NCBI GenBank assembly: GCA_028286645.1
Contig: JAQBRF010000002.1
Coordinates: 1 to 56,517, forward strand
Direction: 5' to 3'
DNA from: Candidatus Nomurabacteria bacterium
GTDB taxonomy: Bacteria > Patescibacteriota > Minisyncoccia > Phycocordibacterales > UBA5272
DNA length: 56,517 nucleotides
Shown here: positions 52,368-56,517 of the stretch, one piece after another
How positions within the stretch are numbered: the stretch's first letter is position 1
Layout of the letters: every line of letters begins with the position of its first letter
Program-made: the position numbers and the translations under genes
The notes under the pieces: model-generated
Told to the model about the DNA's origin: nothing
What the model saw: the letters and a program-made list of their open reading frames with translations, nothing else
Databases searched by the model: none

Positions 52368-53031
52368 TAAATCTGTAGCCCACCCCGTGAATTGTCTCAA
52401 ATATTGTTTCATTTTTGTTTTGAAGCTTCTTTCGAAGATTTTTAACGTGAACATCGATTATATTACTAAAGGCATCATATGCATGATCCCATACATGGGC
52501 GAGAATTTGGTCCCTGGAAAGAACCTGGTTTGCATGAAGCATGAAATATTCCAAGATCGCAAACTCTTTTAATGTAAGAGGGACCTCTACGCCGCGCTTG
52601 GTAATTTTATGATTAAGCGTATTTAATACGATATCGCCACATTGCAATTCACTCGCCACCATTATTTCCGGACGTCTTAGAAGGGCACGGATTCGCGCTA
52701 CTAATTCCTCAAAAGAAAACGGCTTAATTATATAATCATCTGCCCCAGCATCCAAGCCGCTGACTTTATTTTCTACCGTATCGCGCGCTGTAAGCATTAT
52801 AATCGGAATCATAATATTCTTATTTCTTAAAGTAGAGCATATAACTATTCCGTCTGTTCCCGGAAGCATGATATCTAGCAAAACTATATCATAGTTATAA
52901 TATCCGAATTCTAAGAGGGCAAGCGCCTTTGTCCCATCATGTACAGCATCTACTGCATACCCAAAATTCTCCAGTCCTTCTTTAATAGAGTTCGCAAGCT
53001 TTATTTGGTCTTCCACAACTAAAACCTTCAT
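52360..53031 (-). CDS. OmpR/PhoB-type response regulator
   Basis: Receiver domain (KVLVVEDQ, DIVLLDIMLPGTDG, IIKPF) plus a winged-helix output domain (LTLKEFAILEYFM...HVKNLRKKL). Start placed at Met9 (53031), preceded by TATAGT-N6. Confidence 0.9.
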   Translation of the reverse strand: MKVLVVEDQIKLANSIKEGLENFGYAVDAVHDGTKALALLEFGYYNYDIVLLDIMLPGTDGIVICSTLRNKNIMIPIIMLTARDTVENKVSGLDAGADDYIIKPFSFEELVARIRALLRRPEIMVASELQCGDIVLNTLNHKITKRGVEVPLTLKEFAILEYFMLHANQVLSRDQILAHVWDHAYDAFSNIIDVHVKNLRKKLQNKNETIFETIHGVGYRFNA

Positions 53032-53092
53032 AAGGGTACTATACACTTTTCCCATGAATTTTTCATGAAGGGATCAATACTTCAATAAAATA

Positions 53093-53368
53093 CTATAACA
53101 GATTTACAATAATTAAAGATCCTGAGGCTAAAATAGTTAAAGTCGAGGAAATTAAAAGAGTTCCCATTTTACAGTGAAGTCCATACATAACCCAAACGAG
53201 GCTATTTAATAAAATAATAAAAAGTGACGTTTGTGACATAGTATTGGTCGTATGGGTACTAAACACCCTATAGACTTCCGGGAAAAGGCTAAGGCCGGAA
53301 ACAAAACTGCTTATCACAATTACCCTATCTATTACATGATGATGTACTGTCGAATGATTTTCTTTCAT
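53093..53368 (-). CDS. SemiSWEET/PQ-loop-like 3-TM protein
   Basis: The 91-aa form starts at the internal Met. LSLFPEVYRVF (PQ-loop-like) and SLVWVMYG (W..YG) patterns. The longer listed ORF overlaps the upstream gene. Confidence 0.4.
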   Translation of the reverse strand: MKENHSTVHHHVIDRVIVISSFVSGLSLFPEVYRVFSTHTTNTMSQTSLFIILLNSLVWVMYGLHCKMGTLLISSTLTILASGSLIIVNLL

Positions 53369-53391
53369 GGATGCAATAATCTTTTTATGGT

Positions 53392-54099
53392 TTAGTATCC
53401 AGAAAACTCCTCTGTCTTTATATCGTCCTCGCTTACTTTCATATCGTTGAGAAGTTTTCTCATGGCTCCAACCATAGCCTGAGGACCAGATATATACCAT
53501 ACAACATTGTTGATATCTGGAACATGTCTTTTTATCATGTCTTCATCCATGTATCCTTTTTCTCCATTCCAAGATTCTTCCTCTTCTGTAAAAGTGGGCA
53601 CAAAAGTAAAGTTCGGATACGATTTCTGACAGATTTCTAATTCCTTGAAGAGGGCTGCATCTTTTTTCTTGCGATTTGAATAAAATAAAGTGAGTTTATG
53701 AGGAAGGTTATTGTGGCTGGCATCTTGGATGATGCTGTAAACAGGAGTAATGCCGATTCCTCCAATTAAAAATACTGCTTTGCGTTCCGTGTTTTGGTGT
53801 AAGACAAAAGAGCCAATTGGTCCATCAAGCTCCATCTCTACTTCATCTCTATTTTTAAGATTTCTTTTAAATGCGGTGTCTCGCATGCGTGTAGCAAAAG
53901 CAATATCGTCCTCATGCGGAGCGGTCAAAATAGAAAAGGCGCGAAGAGGCCCTTCGGTATCGTCTTCCTTCGGATTAAGGATTTTCCAATCAAGAAATTG
54001 CCCAGCTTTATAAATGAACCCTTCGGGTTTGGTAAAGTGAAAGGCCATAGTACCGTCTGCGATTTCCTCTTTTTTTATTAGTGTAGTTGTATATTTCAT
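53392..54099 (-). CDS. Ferredoxin-NADP reductase-like FAD/NAD(P)-binding oxidoreductase
   Basis: RAFSILT (RxYS-type FAD motif), FLIGGIGITPVYS (NAD(P) binding), and a C-terminal EEFSGY. Confidence 0.7.
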   Translation of the reverse strand: MKYTTTLIKKEEIADGTMAFHFTKPEGFIYKAGQFLDWKILNPKEDDTEGPLRAFSILTAPHEDDIAFATRMRDTAFKRNLKNRDEVEMELDGPIGSFVLHQNTERKAVFLIGGIGITPVYSIIQDASHNNLPHKLTLFYSNRKKKDAALFKELEICQKSYPNFTFVPTFTEEEESWNGEKGYMDEDMIKRHVPDINNVVWYISGPQAMVGAMRKLLNDMKVSEDDIKTEEFSGY

Positions 54100-54410
54100 T
54101 ACTTAATTGCATTAATAATGGTAGTTACTAATTCGTCTTTCATGCGCGGAGTATAATAGACTGATCTTCCGACTTTTTCTTTTGTCAAAAGTCCAGTAAT
54201 TTCCAAAATCTTTAAGTGCTGGGAAGCAAGCGACATTGATATGTGGAATGTCTTTGATATGTCACTCACGCATAACCGGTCTTTCTTTAAGAAGCTTCTA
54301 AATATAAGGCAGCGCCGTGGATCAGAAAGAGCCCCGAATATAATCGGGAGCCTTTCATCTTTTTTCTTCATTAAGCTTTGCAGCTTTTCTATTTCTTTCG
54401 GCTTAAGCAT
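54099..54410 (-). CDS. ArsR/SmtB-family transcriptional regulator
   Basis: 103 aa. LSDPRRCLIFRSFL...CVSDISKTFHISMSLASQHLKILEITGLL is a winged HTH. Its stop overlaps the next start by 1 nt. Confidence 0.8.
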   Translation of the reverse strand: MLKPKEIEKLQSLMKKKDERLPIIFGALSDPRRCLIFRSFLKKDRLCVSDISKTFHISMSLASQHLKILEITGLLTKEKVGRSVYYTPRMKDELVTTIINAIK

Positions 54411-54428
54411 TCTCCCAGTGTACAGAGT

Positions 54429-54827
54429 TTACTTGGCTATTCCAAGCTCTTTAAGTCCGTCCGTAAGCGTGGCCAGTACCACTGCCCCGACTGCCAGCAA
54501 CACATCGCGAATAGCAATGTCTATATAACCAAGCATGAGCAGATTGATCGCAATTATAAGAAGCCAGGCGGTAGCGAGATACGCTCCGATCTTTTGAAAC
54601 TTAGTAAGAATAAGCAGTGCTACCACAACTTCTACAATACCGATAATAACGAGGAAAGTTCCTACGCTAAAAGGAAGCATGGATTCTGCAAGCGGGCTTA
54701 CATACTTCGGCCAGCTTACTATTAAATTAGTTCCAAATATCTTATCAAGTCCTGCTAGTAATACTACCAATCCATAGGCCCATTTGAGTAAATTCCAAGA
54801 GAATAATACTTCTTTTTTTCCATTCAT
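54429..54827 (-). CDS. DoxX-family membrane protein
   Basis: 132 aa, 4 TM. GLDKIFG and the overall topology are typical of DoxX. Confidence 0.6.
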   Translation of the reverse strand: MNGKKEVLFSWNLLKWAYGLVVLLAGLDKIFGTNLIVSWPKYVSPLAESMLPFSVGTFLVIIGIVEVVVALLILTKFQKIGAYLATAWLLIIAINLLMLGYIDIAIRDVLLAVGAVVLATLTDGLKELGIAK

Positions 54828-54910
54828 AGTTGTTTGTTAAATACTTTAATAACTATTTAAGTATATGCTATATGGTATTTATTGTAAAGAGGCTAACTGT
54901 CCACAAAGAG

Positions 54911-56299
54911 TTAGGAAGCGTATGTATCAGAGAGTGACGGATCGCTCTCCCCTAATGGTGTATGGGTGACGCAAAGATCCCGAAGCATATCTTCTTTGGC
55001 AAAGGTAACCTTTGGATTAAACTTTATTATCTGATCTGCATCCCTCATGGCATTATAAAGTGAAACAGAAGCTCCGGGAGATGGCGACATGTTAAACAAT
55101 ATATTATCTCCTAATATCTTCCCCTCGCCGAGCAGAAGACTTCTGGTATTTGTGTCTACTCTTTGCAATCGCATTCCTCCGTAATTTTTGGCCCTCGTAA
55201 TATCAGACCACCTAAGCGTAGGAATTATTTTCTTAACTTCGCCCAAAAAGAAATAGGTGCCCACAAATGGCAGGTCGTAAAAAAGGTTTTTAAGAAGATA
55301 CCAAAACCGCAAAGGGTCAAGGAGAATAGCTCCGAAGCTTATCCATGTCTTTATCCTAAAGATGCCAGCAGACGAAAAGAAATCCTTCATGGTGCCTATT
55401 TTCCTTGCTTCCAAAACTGGATAAAACCGTGCAGTGGGACCCCACCTTGTCACATTTGATTTAGTTAAATCCGGATCTCCATGAACAGCAGCAAAAGGCA
55501 TTCTTTTATCTTGGACTCTATAGACTTTTCCTTGCAACTTTTGAGGGGTAAAATAAAAGCTTCCAGCAATGGGGATAAGGGAAAACTCTTTTCCATACCC
55601 AAGAGATTTAGCAAATCCGAGACTATACGCATCAGTGTCTACGACCACCACATCTGCATAAACATTGCCACGGGAGGAGTGGAGCGTGTACCCGCTATCT
55701 CCCTTTTCTATTTTTTCAACTTTTTGTCCCAAAAGAATATCAATTCTTTTTTCCTTAATTTGCTTTGCTTTTTCACCTAAAGATTTGGCCAGATTTCCAA
55801 AGTTCACCGCATACCCTTCCGGATTATACAAAGCTAGCACGAGTTCTTTTGAATCGCGTCCTTTTATTATTTCCGGCTCTAATTCTTCGATTTCTTTTCT
55901 GCCAATCTTTTTTAGCGTTGGATATAATTCTCCTATTTCTAAAAATCTTTTTTCCAACTCTTCTACTTCATCTTTTCCAATGGCTAAAACCATCTTTTGT
56001 ATGCTGGAAATTATAGGCTTTTTCTCTTCTTCAGATAATGAATCCGTATATCTCTTGACCATCATGGCAGCCGGCATGACTTGCCTGGCTTTCTCTAATG
56101 GGTAATTAGTTTCGATATCCCCTACATGAAGCGTTTGACTATTATTTACCGGATTTGAGTTTACAATTCCTAATTCCTCATACTTTTCAATTAAAACTAT
56201 ATTTTTTATATTTGTATATTTAGCCAGCACATATAAAAACGCGGTGCCGCTAGCCCCTCCTCCTATTATTGCTACATCATAGGTATTATTATCGTTCAT
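54911..56299 (-). CDS. FAD-dependent oxidoreductase, malate:quinone oxidoreductase (Mqo)-like
   Basis: YDVAIIGGGASGTAF dinucleotide fold. NSQTLHVGDIETNY resembles the Mqo NAGTGHSALCELNYT. Start placed at Met9 (56299), preceded by TGtTATAAT-N6; the listed ORF starts at a TTG at 56323. Confidence 0.5.
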   Translation of the reverse strand: MNDNNTYDVAIIGGGASGTAFLYVLAKYTNIKNIVLIEKYEELGIVNSNPVNNSQTLHVGDIETNYPLEKARQVMPAAMMVKRYTDSLSEEEKKPIISSIQKMVLAIGKDEVEELEKRFLEIGELYPTLKKIGRKEIEELEPEIIKGRDSKELVLALYNPEGYAVNFGNLAKSLGEKAKQIKEKRIDILLGQKVEKIEKGDSGYTLHSSRGNVYADVVVVDTDAYSLGFAKSLGYGKEFSLIPIAGSFYFTPQKLQGKVYRVQDKRMPFAAVHGDPDLTKSNVTRWGPTARFYPVLEARKIGTMKDFFSSAGIFRIKTWISFGAILLDPLRFWYLLKNLFYDLPFVGTYFFLGEVKKIIPTLRWSDITRAKNYGGMRLQRVDTNTRSLLLGEGKILGDNILFNMSPSPGASVSLYNAMRDADQIIKFNPKVTFAKEDMLRDLCVTHTPLGESDPSLSDTYAS

Positions 56300-56517
56300 A
56301 TTTACATTATAACACTTTAACAATGGTTAAAGTAACAACTTCCTCGCAAAACTTAAACACCAACCTATTGGCTTATATTGATATATTGTTTAAATAATAA
56401 AGGAAGGATATTTTTAAAATAATCATATTCTTCCATAGTATATATGTGGGTACCAAAATCAACTCTTACTGTATATGGCCACTTTTGGCCACTGTTACTC
56501 ATTACGCCAAAATCAAT

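Noticed and set aside
53369-53500. N-terminal 44 codons of the 53093..53500 ORF
   Set aside because: They overlap the 3' end of the FNR-like gene in another frame. The internal Met at 53368 is preceded by a -10-like box (GATTAT-N7) and yields a compact 3-TM protein.
1-56517. CRISPR arrays, transposases/IS elements, rRNA genes, additional tRNAs
   Set aside because: I found no regularly spaced direct repeats, no transposase-like ORFs and no rRNA signatures. Intergenic spacers other than 5046-5186 are too short or lack cloverleaf potential.
56444-56517. Possible start of a plus-strand gene running off the window (ATG TGG GTA CCA...)
   Set aside because: Only 24 codons are visible, with no clear -10/N6 box or SD, which is insufficient evidence. 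A 23-aa minus-strand mini-ORF here is equally unsupported.

Overview
This is a 56.5-kb AT-rich bacterial chromosome segment (about 32-37% GC in hand-counted lines). It holds roughly 75 protein genes, one tRNA and one tmRNA, mostly on the minus strand. The content is core housekeeping (recG, ftsH, smpB-ssrA, infC-rpmI-rplT, ndk, rpsF-ssb-rpsR, tatD, metG, recO, ileS, argS, thyA, secE-nusG-rplK) mixed with many small secreted or membrane proteins of unknown function. Gene style and the absence of rplA after rplK suggest a CPR/Patescibacteria (Parcubacteria-like) organism using the standard code 11; this is inference. I found no rRNA, CRISPR array, transposase, integrase or recognisable defence island. 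Four things stand out. (1) ileS carries an in-frame ~200-aa histidine-phosphatase (PGAM-like) domain inserted in its catalytic core. (2) ileS is preceded by a compact T-box leader, and the window encodes a rare tRNA-Ile(UAU). (3) A ~95-nt structured element with compensatory substitutions occurs twice inside ribosomal-protein operons. (4) Native genes show a recurrent TGnTATAAT-N6-8-ATG (apparently leaderless) layout. In contrast, three GC-rich (48-57%) islets use -35/-10 promoters, Shine-Dalgarno leaders and GC-stem terminators, so they look horizontally acquired. The islets are the tmRNA-adjacent membrane genes, two orphan genes between rpsF and tatD, and thyA plus a second dCTP-deaminase-like gene. 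All family calls come from motif recognition by eye, not from database searches.
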